64,000 bases of DNA from a virus. A program made the translations under genes and the position numbers. The stretch covers positions 1 through 64,000 of IMG/VR virus record IMGVR_UViG_3300037755_001058. The stretch is one strand, 5' to 3'. Below, piece after piece: positions 53,604 through 64,000 of the stretch (position 1 is its first letter; each line of letters begins with the position of its first letter). Below the pieces are notes generated by a model. The model ran no database searches and was not told the DNA's origin. It saw only the letters and a program-made list of their open reading frames with translations.

Positions 53604-54431
53604 GTGATGAAATTGTACGAGGCAGTCGTACTTGATGGGGTTCCTGAGCCCGACCTGCCTGGCCACGTCAAGGCTCAGATCCCTGAGTTGTACGCCGACG
53701 CCGAGTACCCGTACCTCATCCCACCATTGTACCCCGGTCCGTCTCTAGGCGGATGGCAGAGTGTCCCCTCGGCTGGTGAGGGGATTGCCGTCATCGACCT
53801 CGGAGGTGGATCGTTCAGATGGATCGGCACCCTCGACACGGCGGCCGCGATCGGTGCCAATCCAGCTGGAAGGGTTGGAGCTCGATCGAAGGACGGTCGG
53901 CATAGCATCATCATCGATGATACCTACGGAGTGCAGTTCGCGGTGCAAGATGATGCAGCCGACGAGATGCAGTTCGTTCGTATCGATCCTGATGGGACCA
54001 TCCAAATCAACACGGCCCTCGGTCACACGTTCCTGATGCAGACCGATGACGAACTGGTCCATCTGCAGACTCCTGGTGGAAACATCCTCCAAATGAGCAC
54101 CGATGGCATCATGATGGTCCACTCCGACGGGGTGGCCAGCATGGAGCTGAAGTCCGGTGACATCGCCACTCTCGGCGGAACGGTGGTACAGATCAGCGGT
54201 GGTAGTATCGAACTCGGAGATGGTTCGATTCCACCGACGAACCCATACATACTGTCACTCAGCTTCATGGCAGACCTCGCTCTCCTGTGTGCTGACGTGA
54301 TCGCCATCGGTGCTGCCATTCCCACCATGTCACCGTACGTAGCGACGAATGCTGCGTCAATGTCTGGTAAGATCGGTTCATCACTAGGTGCAGGTGCGCC
54401 GTACCTCTCGACGAGGATCTACGGAGACTAG
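53604..54431 (+). CDS. baseplate spike / gpV-like protein
   Basis: OB-like N-terminus (GHVKAQIP, W.SVP..GE.I.V) then beta-strand repeats; position before gp25 and J. Confidence 0.65.
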   Translation: MMKLYEAVVLDGVPEPDLPGHVKAQIPELYADAEYPYLIPPLYPGPSLGGWQSVPSAGEGIAVIDLGGGSFRWIGTLDTAAAIGANPAGRVGARSKDGRHSIIIDDTYGVQFAVQDDAADEMQFVRIDPDGTIQINTALGHTFLMQTDDELVHLQTPGGNILQMSTDGIMMVHSDGVASMELKSGDIATLGGTVVQISGGSIELGDGSIPPTNPYILSLSFMADLALLCADVIAIGAAIPTMSPYVATNAASMSGKIGSSLGAGAPYLSTRIYGD

Positions 54432-54433
54432 AT

Positions 54434-54583
54434 ATGGCTACGCGCTGCAAATTCCCCGCGCTGCCAATCCCTGCCATCCCAAGCTTCACGTTTCCACCAC
54501 CACTGCCGGCGCTACCGATTCCCAAGATACCATCGTTCAAGTGCATCCTCGACGAAGTACTGGGGCCACCCCCGGAGAAGTGA
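54434..54583 (+). CDS. 49-aa Pro-rich Cys-flanked baseplate-region protein (absent from the ORF track)
   Basis: MATRCKFPALPIPAIPSFTFPPPLPALPIPKIPSFKCILDEVLGPPPEK*; GGAG RBS; fills the gap exactly. Confidence 0.6.
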   Translation: MATRCKFPALPIPAIPSFTFPPPLPALPIPKIPSFKCILDEVLGPPPEK

Positions 54584-54586
54584 CGA

Positions 54587-54916
54587 ATGGCCAGAACCAT
54601 GAAGTGGCCCCCGGTTCCGATCAACGGTCGGATCGGAATGGTAGAGGGGGTCGACGCGACCAACATCCTGCTGCTACAGACTCTCGGGGATCTGCGGGCC
54701 AACCCTTTCAACGACGACAACATCTCGCTCGGCAACATCACCTACAAGCCAGTGGGTGTAGCCAAGGGACGAATTCAAGGAGCGCTAGAACGACTCCGAA
54801 GGATCGTGTCGGTAGAGTCGGTGGTGGAATCGGGTGATGTCGAGGATCGTACGTACACCATTCGGTTCACTGATCGCGAGACCAGGGTACGGTCAGAGGT
54901 AACGATCGATGGCTGA
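54587..54916 (+). CDS. gp25/GpW-like baseplate protein
   Basis: 109 aa, position upstream of baseplate J, RIQGALERL..IVSVESV...YTIRF. Confidence 0.6.
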   Translation: MARTMKWPPVPINGRIGMVEGVDATNILLLQTLGDLRANPFNDDNISLGNITYKPVGVAKGRIQGALERLRRIVSVESVVESGDVEDRTYTIRFTDRETRVRSEVTIDG

Positions 54917-57107
54917 CAGGCCCAGCGACGTCAGGTGGCCACCGTCGAACGACATCTCGTTCGATTCCATCTTCGACCGCCTCATCGATCTCAAGGTGCA
55001 GCACTTTCCAGAGCACACCGTCCGTGACATTGCCGATCCGTACGTACAAATCATGGCTTTGACTGCAGCTCTTGGGCAACACGCGTTCGGGCGAGCGAAC
55101 CACGCCCTGAAGCAGCTCGCCCCGAAGACTGCCACATCACGCCGTGCACTCGTCTCGCTACTGGAGATCGTCAACCGACCGCTCGCACCGATACAACCCG
55201 CCCGAGGGAAGGTGTACGCTCGGCTGAAGGCAGCCTCCGTGGCTGACACGGTCATGATCGAAGAGGGTCAACGCATCGCGCCGACCAACACCGTCGACCC
55301 TGTGTTCACGATTGATAGCGATGTGTCCATCGGTTCTGTGGCCGGGATCTCGACATGGTCAGTTCTAGCAGGATCGGTCACCCTGGAGTCCGTGTACCCG
55401 GCTACGTTGTCCGCCATGGAGGTGGACGACTACATCATCTTTGGGTCTGACGGCTCATTCTTCGATGAACTGACGATCGACGTTGGAACTACCGCGCTTC
55501 CAGCGATCACAGCATCGTGGGAGTACTACAACGACGAGACCGGTGAGGTGACATCTGCATCGATCGTGGGATCTAACCTCGAGTTCGACATCAGCGACTA
55601 CCTGAACGGATCGGTCCCTGAGGGGTTGGAGGTGACTATCACCCACACCCCTACGAACGTATCGGAGACCGTTGACACGGCCTCGGGTGTCGCGACCACA
55701 TCGTTCCTCGGCCAATCATCTCCAAGCGAATCGGCAACGGACTACTCGGTCTTCGCCGAATGGAGACCCGTTCCTGGAGTCACCGATGGCACGGTTGGGA
55801 TGACCCAGGACGGAGTGGTATCTTGGGACGTGACCGGAGTCAAGGATTCCGATAACGACTGGGTGCCCCATGACACGTACGGGTTTGCAGTCAGGATGCG
55901 CATTGCTGACGACCCGTCCGTACTCCTGCCCTCGGACCTTGATCTCGACTCGGCTCCAGACAATCCCGATGGGGATTGGTTCGTCGAGGGGTACATCACC
56001 CAAGGTGTGCGAAGGACGATTTCGCTCGGACAGACGGATGGGTCTGCATTTCAAGCCCTTCCGATCAGTTCGGTGTTGATCGACGAGCCGGTGGCCGATC
56101 CAATGTGGGAAATCTCGATCGGTACAGAGACCGATTGGGCCGTGGTGGCAGACTTCAGCAACTCCGGCCCTGCATCGAAGCACGCAGTCCTCAAGGAGGA
56201 CCCTGACGACGGCTGGACGGTCGTACTCGGCAACGGTACGGTCGGCGTGCTGCCAACCTCGGGGCTCGGAGTGTCCGTCACGATCCGAACCGACTCACAG
56301 AGTCCAGGGGATCTCGATCCCAACGCCGGGATCAGAGCTCTCAGTGGTTTGGGTCTGGTGACAGGTTTCGTTCTGTTCCGCGGAACCACAGGATTTGCCG
56401 AGGCCGAGGCGTCTGATGCGAATGCCGTGATGGAATTTCGAAACAGCATCCTGCCTCAGCTTGCCCTCAGGGCAGAGAGTGCCATCACAGCACCAGAGAT
56501 CGTCACAGCCCTCACTGGTGGAGCACCAAACAGAGCCACGTTCACTACCGCAGATGGAAGGACGCCATTCAGTCGAGCCCTCTTCTCCCTGGAAGGCGCT
56601 GGTGATCGTCAGTACCGAGTGATGGTCGTGGGCGCTGAGTCTGACCCGTACGGTACGGTTGACTCGAACGATCTGGATGAGGCGGAGACCTGGTTGAACG
56701 GAACCCCCGTGGGGGTAGAGATCGTCGGCGGGCACGGGCCGAACAATACCGAGGCGATCGTTGGTTCATTCGTCTCCAGGCCCATGCGTCCAACCATCGT
56801 CCTCACGGTGAAATCGGCCCAGGGTGTACTGGCTCAAGCTGACCAAATTGTGCGGCAGTTCTTCAAGCCGCATAGCAAGGATGAAGATCTCGTCTACCGT
56901 TGGTCGTTCGGAGGGAAGGTGCCCGTGCCCATCCTATTCGGCCTCTTATGGGAAGGAGTTCCCAACAGGACATTTCTGACGCTCACCGTCAGTGATGGGG
57001 TCCTCGCCTACACGGCTGGCGACAGCATTCAGCTCGAGTCGTTCGAACTGCCCACACTTGATCCGGCCTACAGCGCAGCGGCAGACATCTCCATCGTGGT
57101 GGGATGA
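54909..57107 (+). CDS. baseplate wedge / J-like protein
   Basis: FDSI...L...FPE....D.ADP, LAPIQPARG, DGSAFQ, VLGNG..G..P, GFAEAE, RAESAIT. Confidence 0.75.
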   Translation: MADRPSDVRWPPSNDISFDSIFDRLIDLKVQHFPEHTVRDIADPYVQIMALTAALGQHAFGRANHALKQLAPKTATSRRALVSLLEIVNRPLAPIQPARGKVYARLKAASVADTVMIEEGQRIAPTNTVDPVFTIDSDVSIGSVAGISTWSVLAGSVTLESVYPATLSAMEVDDYIIFGSDGSFFDELTIDVGTTALPAITASWEYYNDETGEVTSASIVGSNLEFDISDYLNGSVPEGLEVTITHTPTNVSETVDTASGVATTSFLGQSSPSESATDYSVFAEWRPVPGVTDGTVGMTQDGVVSWDVTGVKDSDNDWVPHDTYGFAVRMRIADDPSVLLPSDLDLDSAPDNPDGDWFVEGYITQGVRRTISLGQTDGSAFQALPISSVLIDEPVADPMWEISIGTETDWAVVADFSNSGPASKHAVLKEDPDDGWTVVLGNGTVGVLPTSGLGVSVTIRTDSQSPGDLDPNAGIRALSGLGLVTGFVLFRGTTGFAEAEASDANAVMEFRNSILPQLALRAESAITAPEIVTALTGGAPNRATFTTADGRTPFSRALFSLEGAGDRQYRVMVVGAESDPYGTVDSNDLDEAETWLNGTPVGVEIVGGHGPNNTEAIVGSFVSRPMRPTIVLTVKSAQGVLAQADQIVRQFFKPHSKDEDLVYRWSFGGKVPVPILFGLLWEGVPNRTFLTLTVSDGVLAYTAGDSIQLESFELPTLDPAYSAAADISIVVG

Positions 57108-59068
57108 TGGGATCGTCATTCGGAGACTCTGACAAGTTTGGCCTGTCGACGCTAGCGCGGCGTTGGACTCCGTCGTCCATGGTTCAAGACCCCAGCGCTC
57201 AGCAGATGATGGACGCCATCGCTGACCAGCTGGCCGACGCACTGAATATTCTGCTGGAGCTCGAAAACTACATCCCGATCATCTGGTCTCCGACACGGTG
57301 TTTGAACGCGGATCTGATCAGGCTCCTGCAACTCAACGGCATCGACGGATCTTTGGGGACTGTAACGGTAGAAAAGGCCAGGAGGCTCGCTGCCATCACC
57401 ACCACCGATCTGAGAGCATGGCGGGGTGCGTTTCGAGCGCATCGGGCCGTGGCTGGCGCCCTCACTGGTGGTCAGGTCATTATCCAATCCTGGCTTGTAG
57501 ATAGGTTCGTGGTAGACGAGTCCACCATGAACTTCGTCCTCTTGGAGGATGATCGAGAGAGCCTGTCGTTCGTGTACGTCATGGGTCAAGGTCCTTCCGG
57601 CACCGAGTACGATGCAGGCGAGCTTGCCACGCGCCTGGACGATCTTGCAAAGCCGGTTCTCGATGAGTTGGATTTCATATCGTGCTTTGCGCTGACGGCC
57701 TGGCGTGACGGTCTGGCCGGCTGGGGACTGGACGGTGCCAGCGTAATCCTCACTGATGTTCCTGGCGAGTACGAGGCCGTGGAGATGGGCCCTGATGTGG
57801 CACTCGATGCCGTACAGGGAGTGCGGTCGGCGTCCGATAAGGATGATCTGGTAGGTGACGAGGTCATGCTCGTCACGGCTTGGTTCAAGACTGATGGGGC
57901 GGCCTCGGGAGACTACTGGGAGGTGATGGCATACGCCACAGAGGACGCCCACCTGGCGGCATCTCCCGGAGATGACGCATTCGTCGCCAGAGTGAACGTT
58001 GGAAACGGCATCGCGGATATCGGTCGCATGACTGACGGGGTGTACACATCGATCGGAACGGATGCATTCTACATCCCAGATGGCACCGACGGACAATACC
58101 ACCGTGTCGACTTCTTCATCGATCGTCGGTTGTTCAAATCTCGAGTGAAGCTGGCAGTCGATGGTAACGAAGGATACTGGCACGAGGAGGCGTTTTACGG
58201 GCCTGATGCGCCGTCCGGAGTCAAGGCCGCCGTGGTGTGTAGAACGTCGGCATTCACCCAAGGCCGAATCCAGGTCGCTGCCATCGTGGCACGGATGCTG
58301 CGCACGTCCATCGCTGAGTGGGACCTATCTGGCCCGCTAAGCGTACCAGACCTCAGGTCTTGGTGGAACGCGCTGGATTCGGATAACCTGTCGCTAGACG
58401 GTGGGAACAACGTACTGTCCTTGACTGATGTTGGCCCGATGGGTGTTGACGTTGTTCCCATTGCCACCCCCTTGGCTACCACACTGCTAACGGTTGGTAC
58501 TAGTGCGGCCAGACTTCCAGGACCGTTCCTCGGAGCCAACAACAACAGGCTGAGCGGATCTTGGACCGCCGTTGACACGACAGGTGGGTGGTCCGTGATG
58601 GCGATCATTCCGTTGACCGTAGAGTCTGTATACACACGCACATTCGCCACGCTTCGTGGTGGCAACAGCGTTCTCATACGCCGAGCTAGCGCGGCAGGGC
58701 AGCTCGAAGTACTCGTCGCTGCAGCAGCTGGTACAGCATTCGACGCTGGATTGGGGGCTGCCAACGGGGCCGGTGCATTCGCCGTGGTGTTCGTCCGGCG
58801 TGACATCACCGGCGGCGTCATCAAGGTGGACTGCTGGTACGATCAGAAGCTCGGAGGAGGACTGCAGAGCAACTCAACATCGTACGCCGACGCCGCAGGA
58901 CCTACGTCTACCCTGTCCTCGGTGTACATTGGCGGTCGAAATTTGGTTGGTCTCGAATGGGAAACAGGCCACGCAGCATCTGTGGCGTGGTGGGATCGCT
59001 CACTGTCGGATGACGAAATCACGCAATTGGCACAATGGGCCGGCTCAGTGCTAGGGTACCCCATCTAA
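57104..59068 (+). CDS. baseplate wedge/tail protein with C-terminal LamG/ConA-like domain
   Basis: P2 gpI-like N-terminus; SWWNALD and WWDRSLSDDEITQL. Confidence 0.65.
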   Translation: MMGSSFGDSDKFGLSTLARRWTPSSMVQDPSAQQMMDAIADQLADALNILLELENYIPIIWSPTRCLNADLIRLLQLNGIDGSLGTVTVEKARRLAAITTTDLRAWRGAFRAHRAVAGALTGGQVIIQSWLVDRFVVDESTMNFVLLEDDRESLSFVYVMGQGPSGTEYDAGELATRLDDLAKPVLDELDFISCFALTAWRDGLAGWGLDGASVILTDVPGEYEAVEMGPDVALDAVQGVRSASDKDDLVGDEVMLVTAWFKTDGAASGDYWEVMAYATEDAHLAASPGDDAFVARVNVGNGIADIGRMTDGVYTSIGTDAFYIPDGTDGQYHRVDFFIDRRLFKSRVKLAVDGNEGYWHEEAFYGPDAPSGVKAAVVCRTSAFTQGRIQVAAIVARMLRTSIAEWDLSGPLSVPDLRSWWNALDSDNLSLDGGNNVLSLTDVGPMGVDVVPIATPLATTLLTVGTSAARLPGPFLGANNNRLSGSWTAVDTTGGWSVMAIIPLTVESVYTRTFATLRGGNSVLIRRASAAGQLEVLVAAAAGTAFDAGLGAANGAGAFAVVFVRRDITGGVIKVDCWYDQKLGGGLQSNSTSYADAAGPTSTLSSVYIGGRNLVGLEWETGHAASVAWWDRSLSDDEITQLAQWAGSVLGYPI

Positions 59069-59078
59069 CGGAGCCTCG

Positions 59079-62000
59079 ATGAGCACCGGAGTCATTCACG
59101 CCGGATTCTTCCCGAACCAGATCATGGGTTCGACCAGACTCCGTGAAGACATGTTCGAGGCGGCCAGGCAGTACGCCAAGGACCTCGGCGGGCGAGTCAT
59201 TGGGGAATGCGTCATCGACGCCACGCTCGCTGGCCTCGTCGTCACCGATGACGCGGCAGCCATCAACGAGCGCAAGCTGACCGTTGCTGGGGCATTGGCG
59301 GCTCTAGCAGAGTCCGGCGACATGTTCAACGACATGGGTGACACGTCAACCCTGCTCCAGCAGGTGGAGGGATCGCGCACCATCACTCTTCATGATCCAG
59401 ACTGGTTCGTCGACATTCCGTACGAGAATGCGAACGGATCATCGTACTCGGTGTACCTGCACCTCACCGAGTACCCCATCGATGTGGGCGTCGGCAAGCC
59501 TGGCGGACGCGGATACTCCAGGTGGGTGGAGGTTCCGGGGATCACCATCAATCCCGACTCGGTGTCGGACGCGAGTGACCACTTAGAGTTGGTCGTCCTG
59601 ACAGGCCTGACCGTTCTCGGGGTCCAGCCATGGCTGACCTCGAATGAAGAAGATGCTGACTGGTCCATGGACTGCGTCGTCTACCTCGACACGGATGTTA
59701 CCGGGGTGGAGATCGCCATCGATGATCCTGACGTGGCAATCGCCTTCACGGCGAAACTCACGAAACGGGTGGGAAACCCAGACTGGATCGTCGACCTCAC
59801 AGGGATCGGAGACGGATACCTCGGACAGGAGACCCCCAGTACTACTGCGGCAGAGTACAAGATCGTCGTGTTGGGTCCGGTCGTCACGACTACCGACTTC
59901 GACTCTGACCCAGACTACGTTCACATCGCGCAGGTCGACTCGGCTACCGGATCTGAGACCATCAGCCATTCCGGTCAGGTGATCGTCGATTCCCTTGCCA
60001 GCGGAATCATCAGCATGCCAGACGGGCTGCTCGATGGTGGCTGTCTGACAGTTCCAGGTGTCACGAACGGTACTACCACGGCTGACATCGACGGAACTGG
60101 AGTGATCCATACCCGAGGCCAGCTCTGGCAACCCGGGGCCGAGAGCGTCGGTGGCATTCCAACGTCCGATGAGTTCTTCGTCTCGTTCGATCCCGACACT
60201 ATGTCGTACGACCTGTACACCACCATGGCGGATGCTCTACTCGACGATCGAGTGCCAGTGGCGTACGGAATCACCGATGGGACTCCAAACATCACGTTCC
60301 TGATCGGAATCGGGAAGAGTGTTAGGCACGTCTCGCGCGTGGTCGAGCTGACTCTGAGCTCAGATGCCGAGGCGCGCACAGCTTTCACGAACCTGAAGGA
60401 GGCTCTGGGCTACTGCGCGGCTCTGAGTAACCTCGCTGATGTACGAGGGTTCCGCATCAACGTTCAGGGCACCGTTAACGTTGGAACGGATGTGGTGAAC
60501 GAAACGGAACTGCTGTCCGTTCCCGGAGTGCACTTCGTCGGTGCACGGATGCTCAACTCTAGCGCCGCTGCTGGAGTGTCCAGTGGATTCGAGTGGACTG
60601 GGGTGTCGAACTCCCTATTCTCGATTCCATCAGGTACCACCCTGGAGTCATGGACCTTCGAGAACATCAGGTTCAGCTACGTCACAACGGTGGCTACTGA
60701 CATGACCGTGGCGGCATTCAGCAACGCTCACATCACTAGCAACCTGACGTTCATCGGGTGCCTGTTCGACGCCCCCAGCACCCAGATCTTCACGGCGTAC
60801 TACAGTACCGGCAACAGCGTCAACCTGAAGTTCGTCGACTGTATCAATGCCAATAACGGTGTGTGGATCTACAACACAGGTTCCAACTCACTCGGTCCTC
60901 TCACGATGCGGAACTGTCGTCAAGACGGTTCCGCATCGGCAAGCGTCGGTCCAGCGTACGGAGTAGTGTGGGATGCCTCAACTTCCCCAGGAGCTTCCTG
61001 GAGGATTCAGGACTGCGACTTCACGAATCTGGATGGTCCAGCGCTCTACTCAGCGTCTGGTCTGGTCAACGGTTGGATCAAGGACAACCGGATTCACTTC
61101 CAATCTGGAGCTCAGTCCGGAGCCGGGATCGATCTGGGGAATGGTACGGCTACGGCGGACTGTGAGAATCTCTTCATCCACGACAATCACGTAGACCTGA
61201 CGGCGTACTCTTCCGCTACAGATGGGATCAGAGTGTACTCCGATCGTGGAGTTCCGCCAAACATGTGTGGAATCTTCATCCATGACAACTACGTGGAGAT
61301 GGCGTCCTATCCATCGGGCAGCGTGGGAATCGAGGTAGGCGGGAACGCCAACGATGGGGTAATCGTCCATTCCAACGTCGTTGGTGGATCGGAATTCGGT
61401 ATCTTCATGACGGGTACCGGTACCCAAAACGTGGTTTCCAGCAACTGTGTGTTCAGCGAGCAACAGGCGTTGAACATCGGTGCCGATCAGTACGCACTCG
61501 TTGCTAGCAGCAATTCGCTGCTGATCGGGACTGGATCAGTTCCGTGTGTCCTGTGGAGTGGTGACCACGGAGTGCTGACGGGTAACTACGTTGATGGCTC
61601 TGGAGGAGCGGGGGCTATCGGTCTCATCACCGGTTCCTCCGCGACCAACCTCGTGGTCACCGGTAACTTCATCGAGGGGTTGGACTATTCCATCGACATT
61701 GATGCGTCCACGGTGGTGGTGTCCGGTAACAGGTTGTCGGGCGATCTGAGAAGCCAGGACAACACCCATCTCATCATCGGCAACGTGATGACTGGCGACC
61801 TCGACAACGTCACCTCCACCCAGGTGACTGTGATCGGGAACCATTGGACCGGTAACATGGACCTCAACTCCGGTACTGGTTGTATTGTCGGTGCTAACAG
61901 GGTAACCGGGTACGTCAACGAGATCGGCAATGGCTCGATGCTGGTCTGCAACAGGGTTGATGGTGCCACCGGAACTGCAACGTCCGTCGGGATGGTGGTC

Positions 62001-62324
62001 ACCGGAAATCTGTTCGAGGACACCACCGCGCCTACCACCACGTTCGATGAGATTGGGGACCTCGTGATTACTGGGAACATCTTCCGTCACGACCCGAACA
62101 TCGATACAAACACGAACAATGACATCGTCATGACCGGCAACGCATTTCTCGATTCGTCTGCATGGACCATCGAGGCCGTCGATGGCGCTGTTACTGGAAA
62201 CTACGTGGAAGGGGCCTTGACTCTTGGAGCGGGAAGCGCCAACCTCGCCGTGGTAGGCAACAGGTTCAACGCCGGGGCTCCCACCGATAGCGGCTCTGGC
62301 AACGCTGTGGCCAGCAATACCTGA
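59079..62324 (+). CDS. tail fibre/tailspike with right-handed beta-helix
   Basis: 1081 aa; repeated (I/V)xGN and HDN beta-helix rungs. Confidence 0.8.
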   Translation: MSTGVIHAGFFPNQIMGSTRLREDMFEAARQYAKDLGGRVIGECVIDATLAGLVVTDDAAAINERKLTVAGALAALAESGDMFNDMGDTSTLLQQVEGSRTITLHDPDWFVDIPYENANGSSYSVYLHLTEYPIDVGVGKPGGRGYSRWVEVPGITINPDSVSDASDHLELVVLTGLTVLGVQPWLTSNEEDADWSMDCVVYLDTDVTGVEIAIDDPDVAIAFTAKLTKRVGNPDWIVDLTGIGDGYLGQETPSTTAAEYKIVVLGPVVTTTDFDSDPDYVHIAQVDSATGSETISHSGQVIVDSLASGIISMPDGLLDGGCLTVPGVTNGTTTADIDGTGVIHTRGQLWQPGAESVGGIPTSDEFFVSFDPDTMSYDLYTTMADALLDDRVPVAYGITDGTPNITFLIGIGKSVRHVSRVVELTLSSDAEARTAFTNLKEALGYCAALSNLADVRGFRINVQGTVNVGTDVVNETELLSVPGVHFVGARMLNSSAAAGVSSGFEWTGVSNSLFSIPSGTTLESWTFENIRFSYVTTVATDMTVAAFSNAHITSNLTFIGCLFDAPSTQIFTAYYSTGNSVNLKFVDCINANNGVWIYNTGSNSLGPLTMRNCRQDGSASASVGPAYGVVWDASTSPGASWRIQDCDFTNLDGPALYSASGLVNGWIKDNRIHFQSGAQSGAGIDLGNGTATADCENLFIHDNHVDLTAYSSATDGIRVYSDRGVPPNMCGIFIHDNYVEMASYPSGSVGIEVGGNANDGVIVHSNVVGGSEFGIFMTGTGTQNVVSSNCVFSEQQALNIGADQYALVASSNSLLIGTGSVPCVLWSGDHGVLTGNYVDGSGGAGAIGLITGSSATNLVVTGNFIEGLDYSIDIDASTVVVSGNRLSGDLRSQDNTHLIIGNVMTGDLDNVTSTQVTVIGNHWTGNMDLNSGTGCIVGANRVTGYVNEIGNGSMLVCNRVDGATGTATSVGMVVTGNLFEDTTAPTTTFDEIGDLVITGNIFRHDPNIDTNTNNDIVMTGNAFLDSSAWTIEAVDGAVTGNYVEGALTLGAGSANLAVVGNRFNAGAPTDSGSGNAVASNT

Positions 62325-64000
62325 TGCCTGGAATGGACGGTGTCAGCGGGATCCGCCGACGGGTAATGGCTGACATCGCAGAGCGAATCGGGGCCAACGA
62401 CGTGGATGACGTCGGAGAGCTCCTCCTTGAGATGGTCAACCGCGGACGGCGTAGGAACCTGACAGACGAGGAGGTCATGGAGCTCGATCAATTGATCGAC
62501 ATGCTCCAAAGGCTTGAGGCCCTAGACAGCGCGTGGGTGTTCGGACACCGGTATATGGGTCACAAGTTCGTGTCCACAGACCCAGTATGCCCCAAGTGCA
62601 ATAACGAGGTCCCACATCGTACGATTTTAGTGTGCCCATCGTGTGGGGAGATGGGCCCATGGGTACAGCTCGAACGTCATATCCAGAGCTCGTATTTGCA
62701 CTACTACTTGGTGGAGCAAGCTACCAGGCTCGTCAACAACTCACTCCTCATGCCTGATGGGGCGTACAGAGCCGACGGCACAGTAACGGCCGTGCCTCGA
62801 GGTGGTGCGAAGAGCACATGGTTGTGTGAGATCATGGGTACGTGGCTGGTGCTCACGGACAGAAGTCGGTGTCTTCTGCTCCTCTCCAATACCATCGAGC
62901 AGGTGACGGAAAGGTGTAACGAGATCAAGACGGAGCTGGAGGAGAACGAGTCTATTATTCGTGATTTCGGCCAGCTGTCCGCATCGCGAATGGAGAACAG
63001 AACGTGGACGAAGTCAGACTTCGTCCTGCCGAATGGAAACAGAGTGGTATCCAGGGGCGCCATGCAGTCCATGCGTGGCGTCAAGAACCGTGAGAATCGA
63101 CCCGACGTGGTCATCGCCGACGACTCGGACGATGAGAAGTTCCTCACTACTCCAGAGCAGGCGAGGAAGGTACACGAATGGTGGGACTCTCGTGTAGTTC
63201 CAGCCTGCCATCCAAACGCGTTGTTCATGTTCCATGGAACCGTCATCTCAGAGATGGGTCTCCTATGGCAGATGTTGTCAGGACACCGTGGGCGCACGTT
63301 CAGACAGCACGTTTTCAGGGCCGTTGAAGACAGGGCTGGATGCGCCAGCTGTGGAATGCCCGCACCTACCGTGGGTAGGTTCGACTGTCCAGTGTGCGCT
63401 AAGAAGACGAGGGCGGTCAGACCGAGCTCGTACTGGGGAGCTCGATTCACGGCCGAAGCCTTGGAAGTGACTAAGGCACGCGTAGGCCACTGGGCCTGGC
63501 AGACCGAGTTCCAACAGGAACCGCACGATGATTCCGCATCGTGGTTTCAACGTGAGTGGCTGGATCGGGCTCGTCGCGATGATCTTGCGCCGTTGCCACG
63601 GTCGTCACGACGTATCATTCCATGGTCGGCCATCGCGTGTACACTTACGGGATCAGAGGCGGTAGAATTGGCCACCATGGCCGACTCGAAGTACGCGAAG
63701 GTTCCTGGCGATCTAGGTCCGTACCAGGTGATCGTTCAGAGTTGGGACCCGGCATGGGCCAGGGCAAAGAAGAAGGGTCAGGAGAGGGACCACGCCACCG
63801 CGTACATGGCCGGTGTGGGCATTGGGCTCACGTGGGATGACACGTTCGACGTATTCTGGCTCGATCGTGGGCGTAACCTGCCGGGAAATTCGGCGTACCG
63901 CGAGTGGATGTACGAAGAATGGGTTCGGTCGATCCTCCCGTCAGGATCCATCGAGCGCCCTGGCCAACTCGGGATGATCGTAGAAAGAAACAGTGCCGGT
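62324..64000 (+). CDS. terL: terminase large subunit (partial; runs off the window, so absent from the ORF track)
   Basis: Reading frame from ATG 62324: AVPRGGAKST, IKTELEENESIIRDFG, MRG.KNRENRPDVVIADD, FHGT, WQTEFQQEP, WDPA, IVERNSAG. Confidence 0.88.
   Translation, partial: MPGMDGVSGIRRRVMADIAERIGANDVDDVGELLLEMVNRGRRRNLTDEEVMELDQLIDMLQRLEALDSAWVFGHRYMGHKFVSTDPVCPKCNNEVPHRTILVCPSCGEMGPWVQLERHIQSSYLHYYLVEQATRLVNNSLLMPDGAYRADGTVTAVPRGGAKSTWLCEIMGTWLVLTDRSRCLLLLSNTIEQVTERCNEIKTELEENESIIRDFGQLSASRMENRTWTKSDFVLPNGNRVVSRGAMQSMRGVKNRENRPDVVIADDSDDEKFLTTPEQARKVHEWWDSRVVPACHPNALFMFHGTVISEMGLLWQMLSGHRGRTFRQHVFRAVEDRAGCASCGMPAPTVGRFDCPVCAKKTRAVRPSSYWGARFTAEALEVTKARVGHWAWQTEFQQEPHDDSASWFQREWLDRARRDDLAPLPRSSRRIIPWSAIACTLTGSEAVELATMADSKYAKVPGDLGPYQVIVQSWDPAWARAKKKGQERDHATAYMAGVGIGLTWDDTFDVFWLDRGRNLPGNSAYREWMYEEWVRSILPSGSIERPGQLGMIVERNSAG

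Noticed and set aside
1-64000. Prophage integration module or stop-codon recoding
   Set aside because: No integrase, att site or host genes were recognised; long conserved genes read through with the standard code and end in TAG, TGA or TAA.

Overview
This window is about 64 kb of a high-GC, apparently lytic, contractile-tailed dsDNA bacteriophage. No integrase, tRNA, rRNA or CRISPR array was recognised. A lipoprotein C-type lectin and short signal peptides hint at a myxobacteria-like host (inference). Layout: (1) 1-15.7 kb, an early/accessory region of many short + strand ORFs with repeated gene-boundary elements and a palindrome-rich non-coding block at about 2.8-3.6 kb; (2) 15.7-18.8 kb, a reverse-strand four-gene cassette including a beta-helix depolymerase-like gene and an SGNH/SASA esterase; (3) 19-53.5 kb, replication and nucleotide metabolism: MBD4-like glycosylase, SNF2-like helicase, sigma-70 factor, primase-MCM fusion, all-alpha dUTPase/dCTPase, atypical C5-cytosine methyltransferase, PD-(D/E)XK nuclease, AAA ATPase, an isolated portal gene, a class I SAM methyltransferase, an NDT-like glycosidase, two P-loop kinases, an Asp-type (dCMP-specific) thymidylate-synthase homologue, PolA, a PC4-like protein, VRR-NUC, dCMP deaminase, DUF932, a single-chain type IIB (Topo VIII-like) topoisomerase and a DinG/XPD helicase; (4) 53.6-64 kb, baseplate, tail fibre and a truncated large terminase. 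The best candidate for an undescribed system is a cytosine hypermodification pathway. It combines a C5-MTase with Arg in place of the motif-X Asn (a carboxymethyltransferase-like signature), a dCMP-type TS homologue, a dCTPase-like enzyme, an orphan SAM MTase, an NDT/MilB-like glycosidase and an MBD4-like repair glycosylase. All calls come from reading motifs by eye; no database searches were run.
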